Assembly (NCBI GenBank): GCA_017513085.1
Contig: JAFWDK010000029.1
Span: 32,001 to 96,000, forward strand
Reading direction: 5' to 3'
Source of the DNA: Clostridiales bacterium
Lineage (GTDB): Bacteria > Bacillota > Clostridia > Saccharofermentanales > Saccharofermentanaceae
DNA length: 64,000 nt
Part shown: in pieces, positions 21,056 to 31,661 of the stretch
How the letters are laid out: every line of letters starts with the position of its first letter
Numbering within the stretch: position 1 is the stretch's first letter
Made by a program: the position numbers and the translations under genes
Notes under the pieces: generated by a model
What the model was told of the DNA's origin: nothing
What the model saw: only the letters and a program-made list of their open reading frames with translations
Databases searched by the model: none

Positions 21056-22755
21056 GAAGAGACCCTCCCTGTTACCGGACTATTTTCGTCAATGACATGA
21101 ATGTCCGGGGAATACGTCTTGTCCGGATTGGACAGATAGGCTTGCGAGAAGGGGTTGGACGAAGAGTAATAGATCGTGTATTCGTCAGTAGAACCGACTT
21201 CATAGAATAAAGAGTAGACAGCTAAAGGTAAACGCTCAAAACTCTCTTTGGTGGTCAAAAGGCATACACCCAACGGATAGTCTTCTGCGGTCAAAAGTTC
21301 GGTGGAATCCGTGAATGTTTCTACGTAAGAAACATCTTCGGAAATGAGGTGGTAGGTGTGATCAGGATCCATGACGCGGAGAATACGGAAATCGACATCC
21401 GTTTCCTCGCCGTAGGCGTAGACCAGCTTGGTGCCTGTCGTACTTACGATCGAATCGATCTGCTCATACTTTCTTTCATTGAGACGATGGTGGAAAAGAG
21501 AGTAGTAGGAAAGTGCATTGGAAAAGAGAAAGGCAAGGATCAGAAGCGGGAGCCCGGCCTTCTTAAGAGTGGCCTTGCGTTCTGTAAAATGCACGCGCAG
21601 ATAATCACAGGAGAGAATAAAGAAAACGACCAGTACAGGGATCAGATAACGTGATTCTGTCAAAGAAGTACTGAGTCGGAGATCGGCGAAAAGAAAGATC
21701 AGAAGATCGACGAAGACCAGAAAGACCAAAGGCATGAGAGGAGCCTTGAAGTCTTTGTTTTTCAGTGCTTGCCGAATGGTCAGGATGGACGCGGCAAGGA
21801 AGAAAAGGGAGATGCAGAGCATGACGCCGAAGGCGATGCCCATCTTGCTCGCAACCGGAACTTCGCTTCGGAAGGGAAGCGCGGAAGTCAGGGCGAAGTA
21901 GGAACCGGCCACGCCGTGCAGGTTTTCGAAGAACTGTTCTGCGCTGACCCAGGTGATGCTCTCGGAGCGGCTTGCAAAATGCATGACATGTGAAGCAAAA
22001 AGTGTGCCGCAGAGTAAAGACGCGGTGAGCGCGTAGGTATATATGGATGAAGCGCTCTTCAGGACGGAAAGCTTGCGGCTTTGGATGGCGCATACGACAG
22101 CGTGCAGAAGAAAAGGTGTGACAATTAAGAGCAGAATGGAGATTCCTGCGCACATGCCCATGAGAAATGAAAGAAACAGAGAAACGGAGACCCCGAGCCA
22201 GGTGAAAGGCTTCTTCTCGTGGTTGAAAAGACGAAGATACGTAGTGGCGATCAGCGCGAGGAAGATCAGCCTGCTTGTGTAAGGACAGTAATTAATGCAA
22301 GTCATGGAAAAATAATCCAGTGCATTGTTAGTAGCGTAACTTGCGGCATAGGGAGTCAGAAGAAAAATGATTCCCAGGAAGACGAAAGTCTTGGTGAACT
22401 TCAATTCGCGAAGGAGTAAGGTGAAAGATCCGATCAGAATGAGAACGAACAGTATGTTGGCGATCCCGGTTGAAAGAAAAACATCCCGCGTCAGATAAGT
22501 AAGGAAGAAAGCGGGAATGACCGGGCTTGTCCAGCCATAGGTGCGCATATGCTCAAATCCGGAAGGAAACAGTGACTTCTGCTCCCACATCTTTCTGGTC
22601 AAGTAGTAGGAGGCGGAACTGTCGTACCCGGTGAGATGCCGCAACTGGGTAAGGTTCACGAAACAGATCATGAAAAACTGCAGAAGTATGATCCCCAGTA
22701 GCAGCCAGTCCAGACGGCTGAAACGGCGAAGTGATTTTTCCTTAAGAGCCGGCAT
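21052..22755 (-). CDS. Polytopic membrane protein, possible GT-C-fold glycosyltransferase
   Basis: About 11 hydrophobic segments, acidic YDSS loop after TM1, RYL motif near the last TMs, soluble C-terminal domain; overlaps the DUF2974 start by 4 nt. Confidence 0.55.
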   Translation of the reverse strand: MPALKEKSLRRFSRLDWLLLGIILLQFFMICFVNLTQLRHLTGYDSSASYYLTRKMWEQKSLFPSGFEHMRTYGWTSPVIPAFFLTYLTRDVFLSTGIANILFVLILIGSFTLLLRELKFTKTFVFLGIIFLLTPYAASYATNNALDYFSMTCINYCPYTSRLIFLALIATTYLRLFNHEKKPFTWLGVSVSLFLSFLMGMCAGISILLLIVTPFLLHAVVCAIQSRKLSVLKSASSIYTYALTASLLCGTLFASHVMHFASRSESITWVSAEQFFENLHGVAGSYFALTSALPFRSEVPVASKMGIAFGVMLCISLFFLAASILTIRQALKNKDFKAPLMPLVFLVFVDLLIFLFADLRLSTSLTESRYLIPVLVVFFILSCDYLRVHFTERKATLKKAGLPLLILAFLFSNALSYYSLFHHRLNERKYEQIDSIVSTTGTKLVYAYGEETDVDFRILRVMDPDHTYHLISEDVSYVETFTDSTELLTAEDYPLGVCLLTTKESFERLPLAVYSLFYEVGSTDEYTIYYSSSNPFSQAYLSNPDKTYSPDIHVIDENSPVTGRVSS

Positions 22756-22958
22756 ACGATTCTCCGAAACAAAGTCAAAATAGTCTTAAAACTACTTGTC
22801 ATTATAATAGAAAAAGAAACAATAAGAAAGATTTTTCAATTCTTTCCTATCCGCTTCGTCTAAAACAAAGAAATTTTTCTCTGAATCGTGTAAAATAAAC
22901 TTGTTTGTTGAAGCAGAGCTTCAAAACGAGAACAAAAAAACGTTGGGGGAAATCATTA

Positions 22959-25034
22959 ATGCCTGTTACAGCTCCATTTGTATACGGAGTTCCCGTGTGT
23001 GCACTGTTATTCCTGTTTGCCATAATGGGCCGCTTTATCAGCAACCGTCAGCTTCCGATCCTGCAGAACCGTATGTTTTCTATAGGGATCTGGGTGGGAC
23101 TGGCCGATGTTGTGTTTCATATCCTTTCCGCACTGATCGTAAGCTATGCGGAATTGTTTCCCAAGGCGCTTTCGTATTCAGTATTGTCCGTGTTCTACCT
23201 TCTGGAACTTTTCTTTCCGTCCATGATGGTGCTTTATGTCTTTGCTTTGACACGTCAGTTGAAAAAGAGCAACATGGGAAACATCGCGTTGGCGATGCTT
23301 CCGAGCGCGATCTGCGCCTTGACGATCATTTTGAATCCGCTCATGCAAGGATTCTTCTATTTTTCCGGCAATACGTTCTATCTCGGACGTGCTTTTGGAT
23401 TTTTGCACCTGGTAGCGATCATAGACAGCGTGATGTGTATGCTCTATGTCGTCCTCAAGAGAGAGGAAGTGCCTTCCGGCGCAGTTCCGACGGTGCTCTG
23501 GATGACGCTTCTGACTTGCGCGTCCGTGGTGGCGAGAATGGTGAACATCAACTGGATGGCGAGCAGCATGGCGATCGCGCTGGCTCTTCTGCTCATGTAT
23601 TTCATCATTCAAAAGCCCGAAGAAAAGATCGATAACCTGACTGGCCTTTTGAATCTGGATGCCATGATCTCTTATGTGGATGAACTGGTCACGCGCGACT
23701 CGCACTATCGTGTACTGGTCGTTAAAGTGGAGAATGTCAGAAGGATCAACGCAATTTTCGGATATACGATAGGAAGCCTTACCCTGCAGAATGTTGCCGA
23801 CTTTTTGTCGACATTCTCGCCGGATCTTAAGGAGCGCAGCCGTCTTCGTAAAAACGCCGGGAAATATAATTATTCCGAGATGCCGAATCAGGTCGGCGAT
23901 GCCAGAAGACTGGAAAAGACGCTTCCGAAAGCCTGGGCGTTCCGCCTGATGAGCAATCAGTTCGCAATTGTCAGCACAGACGAGGAGACGTCCGAAACCA
24001 TCGCGAAATTTATACACCAGCGCTTCCAGCAACCGTGGGTCATCAGGGGACTGGAACTGCAGCTTATGGAAACCATGCTCGATCTGGGCAGGACCAGTTC
24101 TTTTTCCTCGGGAGAAGACCTCTATAAGGTCGTGGAACTGATGCTTCCGACAGTGCCTAAGGGAGATACGGTTACGATGAGCGAGTCCGTGCTGAGCCGT
24201 GTGGAGCGCCAGATCTCTATTGAAAGAGAACTGACAAAGGCTATTAAGGATGGAACACTGGAAGTAAACCTGCAACCGGTGTTTTCTGTGGAAGAGGGGA
24301 AATTCACCACAGCAGAGGCTCTGGTGCGCTTTACGCATCCGGAGTTCGGCATGGTGGAGCCGACCGAGTTTGTTCCGGTTGCGGAGAAGTACGGCCTGAT
24401 CGCTGCCATTGACGAGTTTGTCCTGAGAAGTGTCTGCGCGTTCCTGCGTGATTCGGATGCGGAAAAAGCACTTCAGCTTAAGTCTGTGAGCTTTAATGTG
24501 TCCATTACGGAGCTGGCTGCGTCGGCGTTCTCCAAGAAAGTGTGCGAGATCGTGGACGAATACAAGATCCCGCATGAGAAGATCATCTTCGATATCACGG
24601 AGTCGGCTACTACTACGTCATATCTGCTGATGGCGGAGAATATGCAGATCCTGTCGGATAAGGGATTCCGCTTTGCCTTGGACAATTTCGGCAGCGGTTT
24701 TACCAACGTTGTGAACCTGACATCGCTCCCGTTTTCTGCGGTGAAGATCGACCGTTGCATGCTTGTTGCGGCAGAAGAGTCATCCCGGGACAAGATCATT
24801 TTTGAAAATGCGATCGACGTATTCCGGAAGATGGATATGAAAACAGTGGTGCAGGGCGCTGAGAAGAAGAGCCAGACGGATCTCTGCATACGAAGCAGCG
24901 CGGACTATATTCAAGGTTTCTATTACGCCAGACCGATGAATTTTGCCGACTATAGCGCCTTTGTAAGACTACATAACCAGCAGGCGAAGAAGCGGGATCC
25001 CAGCCTGAACGATATCATCGTGGTACAGGACTAA
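22959..25034 (+). CDS. Membrane-bound EAL-domain protein with degenerate GGDEF domain
   Basis: About 7 N-terminal TMs, DNLTGL, MSNQF in place of GGDEF, EAL, DNFGSG, QGFYYARP. Start ATG 22959 (GGGGGA RBS) or TTG 22905. Confidence 0.85.
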   Translation: MPVTAPFVYGVPVCALLFLFAIMGRFISNRQLPILQNRMFSIGIWVGLADVVFHILSALIVSYAELFPKALSYSVLSVFYLLELFFPSMMVLYVFALTRQLKKSNMGNIALAMLPSAICALTIILNPLMQGFFYFSGNTFYLGRAFGFLHLVAIIDSVMCMLYVVLKREEVPSGAVPTVLWMTLLTCASVVARMVNINWMASSMAIALALLLMYFIIQKPEEKIDNLTGLLNLDAMISYVDELVTRDSHYRVLVVKVENVRRINAIFGYTIGSLTLQNVADFLSTFSPDLKERSRLRKNAGKYNYSEMPNQVGDARRLEKTLPKAWAFRLMSNQFAIVSTDEETSETIAKFIHQRFQQPWVIRGLELQLMETMLDLGRTSSFSSGEDLYKVVELMLPTVPKGDTVTMSESVLSRVERQISIERELTKAIKDGTLEVNLQPVFSVEEGKFTTAEALVRFTHPEFGMVEPTEFVPVAEKYGLIAAIDEFVLRSVCAFLRDSDAEKALQLKSVSFNVSITELAASAFSKKVCEIVDEYKIPHEKIIFDITESATTTSYLLMAENMQILSDKGFRFALDNFGSGFTNVVNLTSLPFSAVKIDRCMLVAAEESSRDKIIFENAIDVFRKMDMKTVVQGAEKKSQTDLCIRSSADYIQGFYYARPMNFADYSAFVRLHNQQAKKRDPSLNDIIVVQD

Positions 25035-25048
25035 TACAGAAAACATAA

Positions 25049-25084
25049 GAAAAGGACTCCGGATTCCGGAGTCCTTCTCTTTTT
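25049..25084. terminator. Bidirectional terminator
   Basis: AAGGACTCCGGA-t-TCCGGAGTCCTT inverted repeat flanked by A- and T-tracts between convergent genes. Confidence 0.75.
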
Positions 25085-25114
25085 ATGGATTTGGCATGGC
25101 AGAAGATTGTCTGA

Positions 25115-25810
25115 TTATTTCTTTGCCGCATCTTTCTTTTCTTCGGTCTTCTTTACCGGATCCAGGAAACGATAAAGGAGAGCTGCTACAGCTGAACCAA
25201 GAAGCGGTGCCACGATAAAGATCCAGAGCTCTGTTGCTGCTTTGCCGCCGGCGATGAGAGCAGGTCCGATGCTTCTTGCCGGGTTAACAGATGTGCCGGT
25301 AAAGCCGATGCCGAGAATGTGGACAAGAACCAGTGTCAAACCGATGACCAGTCCTGCAACGGAACTGTTCTCAGTCTTGGATGTTACACCCAGAATAGCG
25401 ATGACAAATACGAATGTCAGGATCACTTCGATCGCGATCGAGAGCGCAACGTTGTTGTTGTAGATCGCATTGGCGCCCAGACCGGAATCCACGCCTACAA
25501 AAGCACCCAGCAGAAGTGCGCCGAGAACAGCACCGACTGTCTGAGAGCATACATAGAAGAGGAAATCCTTCAAAGTGAGTTTTCCGTTGATCAGCATAGC
25601 CAGAGAAACGGCTGGGTTGATATGACAGCCGGAAACGTTACCGATCGAATATGCCATCGCAACAATAACGAGACCAAAAGCAAGTGCTGTCAGAATGTAT
25701 CCGGAACCGATCGCCGCATCGCACCCTACAACGCAGGCTGTACCACAACCGAAGAATACCAGTACAAAAGTACCGATCAATTCGGCTACATATTTTCTTA
25801 AAGATTCCAT
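25115..25810 (-). CDS. aqpZ: Aquaporin (MIP family)
   Basis: AELIGTFVLVFFG, SGCHINPAVS and TGTSVNPARS (two NPA motifs). Confidence 0.92.
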   Translation of the reverse strand: MESLRKYVAELIGTFVLVFFGCGTACVVGCDAAIGSGYILTALAFGLVIVAMAYSIGNVSGCHINPAVSLAMLINGKLTLKDFLFYVCSQTVGAVLGALLLGAFVGVDSGLGANAIYNNNVALSIAIEVILTFVFVIAILGVTSKTENSSVAGLVIGLTLVLVHILGIGFTGTSVNPARSIGPALIAGGKAATELWIFIVAPLLGSAVAALLYRFLDPVKKTEEKKDAAKK

Positions 25811-25928
25811 GATAATACCTCCTTCAAGAATAATCTATTTACCTATGATATAAGCATAGCATGAATGCAAAGGACACTTTCGTGATATAATCAAACTGTA
25901 AAAGAATTATAAAGAGAGGGAAAGAAAT

Positions 25929-26576
25929 ATGACTGATCCTATTACAATTAATGCACATAGCAGCATCCGCCTTGCTCTGGGGGAAGTTTTATACTTCGAT
26001 CCTTTTCATATTCAAAAAGAAACCAAGGATGCCGATATCATCTTTGTTACGCATGATCATTATGACCATTTTTCCCCGGAAGATATCGAGAAGATCCTGA
26101 AAGAGGATACTGTATTTGTTGCGCCACAGTCTACCGTTGCACTGATCGAAACCAGGTTCTCCTGGCCGAAAGACCAGATCGTAACTGTCAAGCCCGGCTC
26201 GAAAGTTGTGGTCAAAGGGCTTCCTGTGGAGGCAGTCGCCGCTTATAACCCGAACAAGCATTTCCATCCGAAGAAGGAAGGCTGGGTAGGTTATGTGGTG
26301 ACAGTGGAAGGTGTCCGCTACTATGTATGTGGCGATATGGACAGCAACAAAGAGGGAAGACAGGTTTCTTGCGATGTGCTTCTCGTTCCGTGTGGCGGTA
26401 CTTATACGATGGATGTACAAGAAGCCGCTGAATTTACCGGCGTGCTGGCACCGAAGTTTGCTATCCCGACACATTACGGCGATATCGTGGGCGATCTTTC
26501 GAACGGCAGTGCTTTTGCAGAAGCAGTGAAGAAGACATCACCGGACACGAAGGTGGTCATCAAGATCGAGCCGTGA
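25929..26576 (+). CDS. MBL-fold metallo-hydrolase
   Basis: THDHYDH, FHPK, CGD, PCGGTYTMD, IPTHYG. Confidence 0.9.
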   Translation: MTDPITINAHSSIRLALGEVLYFDPFHIQKETKDADIIFVTHDHYDHFSPEDIEKILKEDTVFVAPQSTVALIETRFSWPKDQIVTVKPGSKVVVKGLPVEAVAAYNPNKHFHPKKEGWVGYVVTVEGVRYYVCGDMDSNKEGRQVSCDVLLVPCGGTYTMDVQEAAEFTGVLAPKFAIPTHYGDIVGDLSNGSAFAEAVKKTSPDTKVVIKIEP

Positions 26577-26660
26577 GGCTCCATTTTCCCGTCGGATGTA
26601 GAGCCAAACAAAAAACAAATCTTTAAGAAAGCATGCGCAGGAGAAGTCTGCGCGAAAGAT

Positions 26661-28040
26661 ATGAGAAACGAAACGACTTTCCCGGATCTCGATAACCGGA
26701 AGGCTTTTTATCGCGCCCTTCTGGTCATCGTGTTGCCGATTATTTTCCAATATTTCATGTCGTCACTGGTCACAGCTTCCGATGCTTTTATGCTCGGATT
26801 TCTGGACCAGGCGTCATTGTCTGCCGTCTCGCTCGCGGGACAGGTGGCTTTTGTGTTTTATCTGTTTGTGAATACATTTATTACCGGTGCGACCGTCATC
26901 GGCGCGCAATACTGGGGCAAAAAGGATTTTGTGGCGATGGAGGATATCGTGGGCATCACGATGCGGTACTCCATTCTTATCGGACTTGCTTTTACCCTGG
27001 CTGCGGAATTCTTCCCGGATTATCTGATGCGCGTGTTCACGAACGACACGGCGATGATTGCCGGAGGAGTGAAATACCTCCGCGTGGTGGCGCTTTCCTA
27101 TTTCTTTATGAGCTATGCCGACCCGTATCTTTGCATTATGAAGATCTGTGAGAGAACAACGCTGAGCTCGGCGATCTCGTCGATCGGCGTCGTGATCAAC
27201 ATTCTGCTCAATGCACTATTTATCTTTGGTCTGGGTCCTTGTCCCAAGATGGGCATCGAGGGCGCAGCGCTTGCAACAGTGATCTCCCGTGCGCTCGAGT
27301 GCGTGATGGTGGCCGTTGCCGTAAAAAAGACAGATGTTACACCGCTTCGGATCAAGAAACTCTTGCGTGTCGCCAAGAAGTTTATCCATAAGGATTTCTG
27401 GAAGTATTCCATTCCGATCCTGATCAATCAGTTCGGCTGGGGCGGCGGTGTGACGATGTATTCCGTTATCATGGGGCACCTCGGAAACGATGCAACGGCG
27501 GCGAACTCGATCGCCGGGATCGTGAGAAACATGATCGCGAGTGTCTGCTGGGCGATGGCAACCGCGGCCGGCATCATTATCGGAAAGATGCTCGGTGCGG
27601 GAGAACTGGAGAAGGCGAAGCGCTGTGGCGGCCGGTTTGTAAGACTGTCGCTGGCCATCGGGTTCGGATGCGGACTGATCATCTTAGGACTTACGCCGCT
27701 GGCACTTCTGATTCCGACCGATATGACAGAAGTTGCCCACGGATACATGAAGTGGATGCTTCTCATGGGTGCGTATTACATCATAGGAAACTCGCTGAAT
27801 TCCACAGTTATCGGTGGTATTTTCCCGGCAGGCGGGGATACTAAGTTCGGCATGATCTGTGATTGCGTGACGCTGTGGTGTGTCGTGGTCCCGCTGGGCC
27901 TTCTGGCGGCTTTTGTCTGGAAACTGCCTGTTGTGGCGGTGGCGGCGATCCTTACCCTGGACGAATTTGTGAAGATCCCTACGGTGTATATCCATTATAA
28001 GAAATATAAATGGGTGAAAAATATTACCCGGGATGAGTAA
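26661..28040 (+). CDS. MATE-family efflux transporter
   Basis: 12-TM pattern, D.FMLG.L...LSAVSLA, AQYWG, MGIEGAALATVISR, AGGDT. Confidence 0.92.
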   Translation: MRNETTFPDLDNRKAFYRALLVIVLPIIFQYFMSSLVTASDAFMLGFLDQASLSAVSLAGQVAFVFYLFVNTFITGATVIGAQYWGKKDFVAMEDIVGITMRYSILIGLAFTLAAEFFPDYLMRVFTNDTAMIAGGVKYLRVVALSYFFMSYADPYLCIMKICERTTLSSAISSIGVVINILLNALFIFGLGPCPKMGIEGAALATVISRALECVMVAVAVKKTDVTPLRIKKLLRVAKKFIHKDFWKYSIPILINQFGWGGGVTMYSVIMGHLGNDATAANSIAGIVRNMIASVCWAMATAAGIIIGKMLGAGELEKAKRCGGRFVRLSLAIGFGCGLIILGLTPLALLIPTDMTEVAHGYMKWMLLMGAYYIIGNSLNSTVIGGIFPAGGDTKFGMICDCVTLWCVVVPLGLLAAFVWKLPVVAVAAILTLDEFVKIPTVYIHYKKYKWVKNITRDE

Positions 28041-28261
28041 AGAAAGAGCAGAAAGCCAAGCTCGGAAGCCGTAATGATTTCTAATGAAAATCATTTAGAA
28101 CATTTTTGCAGGATTTAAGAAGAAAAACGTCACTTTTTCCTCTTTTCGCTTTGAAATTTGATTGTAATAAACCCGATTCTGTTGTAGAATCTTATCGGTG
28201 CTTTTTTGCACGATCTCATTAATAATCCCCGAATGAGGGGAAAATATAGGAGGATTTTAAC

Positions 28262-29296
28262 ATGGCAGTTAAAGTTGCAATCAATGGTTTTGGTCGTATC
28301 GGCCGTCTTGCTTTCCGTCAGATGTTTGGCGCAGAGGGTTATGAGATTGTTGCTATCAACGATCTGACAAAGCCTTCCATGCTCGCTCATCTTCTCAAGT
28401 ACGATACAGCTCAGGGTGGTTACTGTGGCGTTATCGGTGAGAACAAGCACACAGTTTCTGCAGACGACGAAGCTAACACAATTACAGTAGATGGTAAGAC
28501 ACTGAAGATCTACGCTGAGAAGGACGCTGTAAATTGCCCTTGGGGTGAGCTCGGTGTTGACGTAGTTCTCGAGTGCACAGGTTTCTATACATCTAAGGAA
28601 AAGTCTCAGGCTCACATTACTGCAGGCGCTAAGAAGGTTGTTATTTCCGCTCCGGCTGGTAACGATCTCCCGACAATCGTATTCAATGTTAACCACACAA
28701 CATTGACAAAAGATGACAAGATCATCTCCGCTGCTTCCTGCACAACAAACTGCCTGGCTCCTATGACAAAGGCTCTCAATGATTACGCTGCTATCCAGAG
28801 CGGTATCATGACAACTGTTCACGCTTACACAGGTGACCAGATGATCCTCGACGGCCCGCACAGAAAGGGTGACCTCCAGAGAGCCCGTGCTGGTGCTGCT
28901 AACATCGTTCCGAACTCCACAGGTGCTGCTAAGGCTATCGGCCTGGTAATTCCGGAGCTCAACGGTAAGCTCATCGGTGCTGCTCAGCGTGTTCCGACTC
29001 CGACAGGTTCCACAACAATTCTCCACGCTGTTGTTAAGGGTGAAGTTACAGTTGATGGTATCAACGCTGCTATGAAGGCTGCTGCTAACGAGTCCTTCGG
29101 TTACACAGAAGAGAAGCTCGTTTCTTCTGACATCATCGGTATGAGATTTGGTTCTCTCTTCGATGCTAACCAGACAATGGTTTCCAAGATGGATGATGGC
29201 AACTCCCTCGTACAGGTTGTTTCCTGGTATGACAACGAGAACTCCTACACATCTCAGATGGTTCGTACAATCAAGTACTTCGCTGAGCTCGGCTAA
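28262..29296 (+). CDS. gap: Type I glyceraldehyde-3-phosphate dehydrogenase
   Basis: INGFGRIGR, active site [16 protein letters not shown]; strongly biased codon usage. Confidence 0.98.
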   Translation: MAVKVAINGFGRIGRLAFRQMFGAEGYEIVAINDLTKPSMLAHLLKYDTAQGGYCGVIGENKHTVSADDEANTITVDGKTLKIYAEKDAVNCPWGELGVDVVLECTGFYTSKEKSQAHITAGAKKVVISAPAGNDLPTIVFNVNHTTLTKDDKIISAASCTTNCLAPMTKALNDYAAIQSGIMTTVHAYTGDQMILDGPHRKGDLQRARAGAANIVPNSTGAAKAIGLVIPELNGKLIGAAQRVPTPTGSTTILHAVVKGEVTVDGINAAMKAAANESFGYTEEKLVSSDIIGMRFGSLFDANQTMVSKMDDGNSLVQVVSWYDNENSYTSQMVRTIKYFAELG

Positions 29297-29320
29297 TCCG
29301 AACGTTAGAGTTATAAAGTT

Positions 29321-29357
29321 AAAAAGACCGTTCCGAAAGGAACGGTCTTTTTCTTTT
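29321..29357. terminator. Bidirectional terminator after gap
   Basis: AAAAAGACCGTTCC-gaaa-GGAACGGTCTTTTT. Confidence 0.85.
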
Positions 29358-29380
29358 GCTTTAAAACTTGAAGTAGGTTT

Positions 29381-29719
29381 TTACATGTTGCCTTGTCTTT
29401 TTTCATTGGTAAGGCGGGTCACTGCAGAAGCATCCGTGTTCAGTGCTCCGACTCTGTATTTTCTATAATCCTCGCTTTGAACGATCAGGCTCAATTGCGC
29501 ATCCACATATTCAGGCATCTTCAAGGCATCAAAAGGACTTTTGCTTTCCTGAGATGTGAACATGATCTGTGTAGATATAGAGTCATCCTGAGCCCGGCTG
29601 TCGCCGATGTTGTTGGAATAATTCAGAATGCCGGCCATCAACAGAAAGGCAAGTCCGGTCCCTATCGATATTCCGCCGACGATGGCAAAGAATAATGCTA
29701 ATCCATCCATAGTTATCAC
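29381..29719 (-). CDS. Small hypothetical membrane protein
   Basis: One N-terminal TM; start overlaps the stop of the upstream gene (GTGA), AGGAG RBS. Confidence 0.55.
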   Translation of the reverse strand: MITMDGLALFFAIVGGISIGTGLAFLLMAGILNYSNNIGDSRAQDDSISTQIMFTSQESKSPFDALKMPEYVDAQLSLIVQSEDYRKYRVGALNTDASAVTRLTNEKRQGNM

Positions 29720-30918
29720 TCCTGTCTCTTCTTCATGAAGTTGAAGATCGAATTAGATTGACTTCGATCAAGCTGTTGGGTAACTTTTTTCATCTGGGCA
29801 TAGCCGAGGACAAAAAATACCAGGGCAATCATGCCGAAGATCAGGAAAAACGAGAAAGGATTGGTAGACAGGGCAAGTGATTCACCCTTCAGCATGGAAT
29901 AAATAAGGATACCAATTAAAGTGGAGAACACTGTGGAAGTCAAAGCCATCAAGCCATGGAAGAGCTTCTTGTTCCACGGAATACCTCCGACTACTTTTCC
30001 TGTGTCACCGTTTACCATTATGGTATCGTGTTTTCCCTGATAGTCGAATGAAACAAACCATACCGGAAGCATGGCGTAAAAAACATCTTTGTTGATCAAT
30101 GTGGCGCTTCTTGCTAATTTGACGCTCTTGCTGGAAGCACTGAAATCATCCATGGCTTTCTTCTGGAAAATTTCGGAAGCACGCTTATTCGCTGCAGTAT
30201 ATAGATCTGCGTTGGTCAGATCTGACACGTTGGAATAAAAGCCTAAAAGATAATCTTCGTCGAAATACTTGAGTTTGTTCAGGTTGAACGGCTCCAGTCT
30301 CTGAGAACTCTCATCAGATAACATAAGAGAAGCATCGATGGGAAGATTGGTCATGCCCATCATGCCGGCCCGGCCCGCATAAACGGTGTGGCTGTGTTTG
30401 CCGCTGCCTCGTCTGCCGGAGATAAAATCTGCTTCGGAGTGCAGACCATTCACGATCCAGTACGGTACATAGATTCCACGGACCGCAGTAGGCTGGAGTT
30501 CCTTGAATTCTTTCGGTACCAGGAGCCTTTTCTTAAAGGTGTCTTTGATCTTATTGAGAGCCTCTTCCTTCGTGATCGAAAACGGAAGAATGAATTCCGG
30601 TGCTTTTTCCTTCGAGATGCGGTTAAACACCACGCTGGAAGAGCCGCAGTAGATGCACTTGGTCGAAGCTTCGGAGCCGTTAAGTACGATCTCGCCGCCG
30701 CAGGAACTGCAGGTGTATATATAACAATCCATAAACTCTTGCTTGGTTTCTCCGTATACATCGTTTGCGGATACTGCCCGGGTCTTCTCCAGAAGACTCT
30801 TATCACTTGATTCGATATCTTCAGCATTCCAGGCGCTGCCGCATGCTGTGCAAGTAACCTTTTGCGTGCGGGGATCAAAGATGACCGGCGCACCACAGTT
30901 TTTACATAATGTAGCCAT
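29716..30918 (-). CDS. Zn-ribbon membrane protein
   Basis: CKNC..CTAC and CSSC..CIYC pairs, PEFILPF, GIYVPYW, LEPF, LPVW, VNGDTGKV, two C-terminal TMs. Confidence 0.75.
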   Translation of the reverse strand: MATLCKNCGAPVIFDPRTQKVTCTACGSAWNAEDIESSDKSLLEKTRAVSANDVYGETKQEFMDCYIYTCSSCGGEIVLNGSEASTKCIYCGSSSVVFNRISKEKAPEFILPFSITKEEALNKIKDTFKKRLLVPKEFKELQPTAVRGIYVPYWIVNGLHSEADFISGRRGSGKHSHTVYAGRAGMMGMTNLPIDASLMLSDESSQRLEPFNLNKLKYFDEDYLLGFYSNVSDLTNADLYTAANKRASEIFQKKAMDDFSASSKSVKLARSATLINKDVFYAMLPVWFVSFDYQGKHDTIMVNGDTGKVVGGIPWNKKLFHGLMALTSTVFSTLIGILIYSMLKGESLALSTNPFSFFLIFGMIALVFFVLGYAQMKKVTQQLDRSQSNSIFNFMKKRQE

Positions 30919-31170
30919 TTGTATTTCCTCCTACGAAAGACAATTATACGAAAAACAAAATAATGTTGGAAGTGAGTAAGCTGCCATATAGAGAGATGTA
31001 ATCTGATTTGAATACAGGAATACTTCAATCAGAAAGCTCCGTCTAACTTACGGAAAATTTTTTCAATCTTACAAAAGCGTAAGTTGAGTGTAAGGCACTT
31101 CGATGGGACGGAACCCCGGGTTTTTTTAGAATTAAAGCATAAAGAAACCAACGAAACGGGGTACACAAAA

Positions 31171-31578
31171 ATGAAAACACTTCTTAAGATCATCATCATC
31201 GTAGCACTGGCAGCAATCGTTATTAAGCTTAGTGGTGTGACACACTTGAAGATGGCAGATTTTGTAACCCATGGCATTATCAAGACAATGAACATCGATA
31301 TCGATGCGATCGCACTGGATAAGGACGCTTGTGAAGAATATGCAAAGATGGTCATCGAGAATAACATGATCGAAGGTATGTCCGAAAAGGCAGTGGCTAA
31401 AGAAATCTACGCACACATTTTCCTGAATGCTTATATCCAGACACTTCCGGAAGCCCTGAGAAATACATCCATTGTTTCCCGCCTGTATAACAGCACAAAG
31501 AATGGGATCGATCTTGAAGACTATGGCGATACATTCGTACGTCAGGCAGCCTACAATGTGATCTGGGCAATGGTTTAA
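31171..31578 (+). CDS. Hypothetical exported/membrane-anchored protein
   Basis: MKTLLKIIIIVALAAIVI signal/TM, AKEIYAH motif, followed by a terminator at 31616-31648. Confidence 0.65.
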   Translation: MKTLLKIIIIVALAAIVIKLSGVTHLKMADFVTHGIIKTMNIDIDAIALDKDACEEYAKMVIENNMIEGMSEKAVAKEIYAHIFLNAYIQTLPEALRNTSIVSRLYNSTKNGIDLEDYGDTFVRQAAYNVIWAMV

Positions 31579-31615
31579 TTGAAAACTTTTCTAACCCTCC
31601 AACACTATATAGATC

Positions 31616-31648
31616 TGCCGGCCGTCTCCCTCCGCGGCCGGCATTTTT
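31616..31648 (+). terminator. Rho-independent terminator
   Basis: TGCCGGCCG / CGGCCGGCA stem plus TTTTT. Confidence 0.75.
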
Positions 31649-31661
31649 ATATGTTTCTGAA

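Noticed and set aside
23178-24575. 465-aa antisense ORF within the EAL gene
   Set aside because: Shadow ORF with no independent signals.
28130-29026. 298-aa ORF antisense to gap
   Set aside because: Typical shadow ORF opposite a highly expressed gene.
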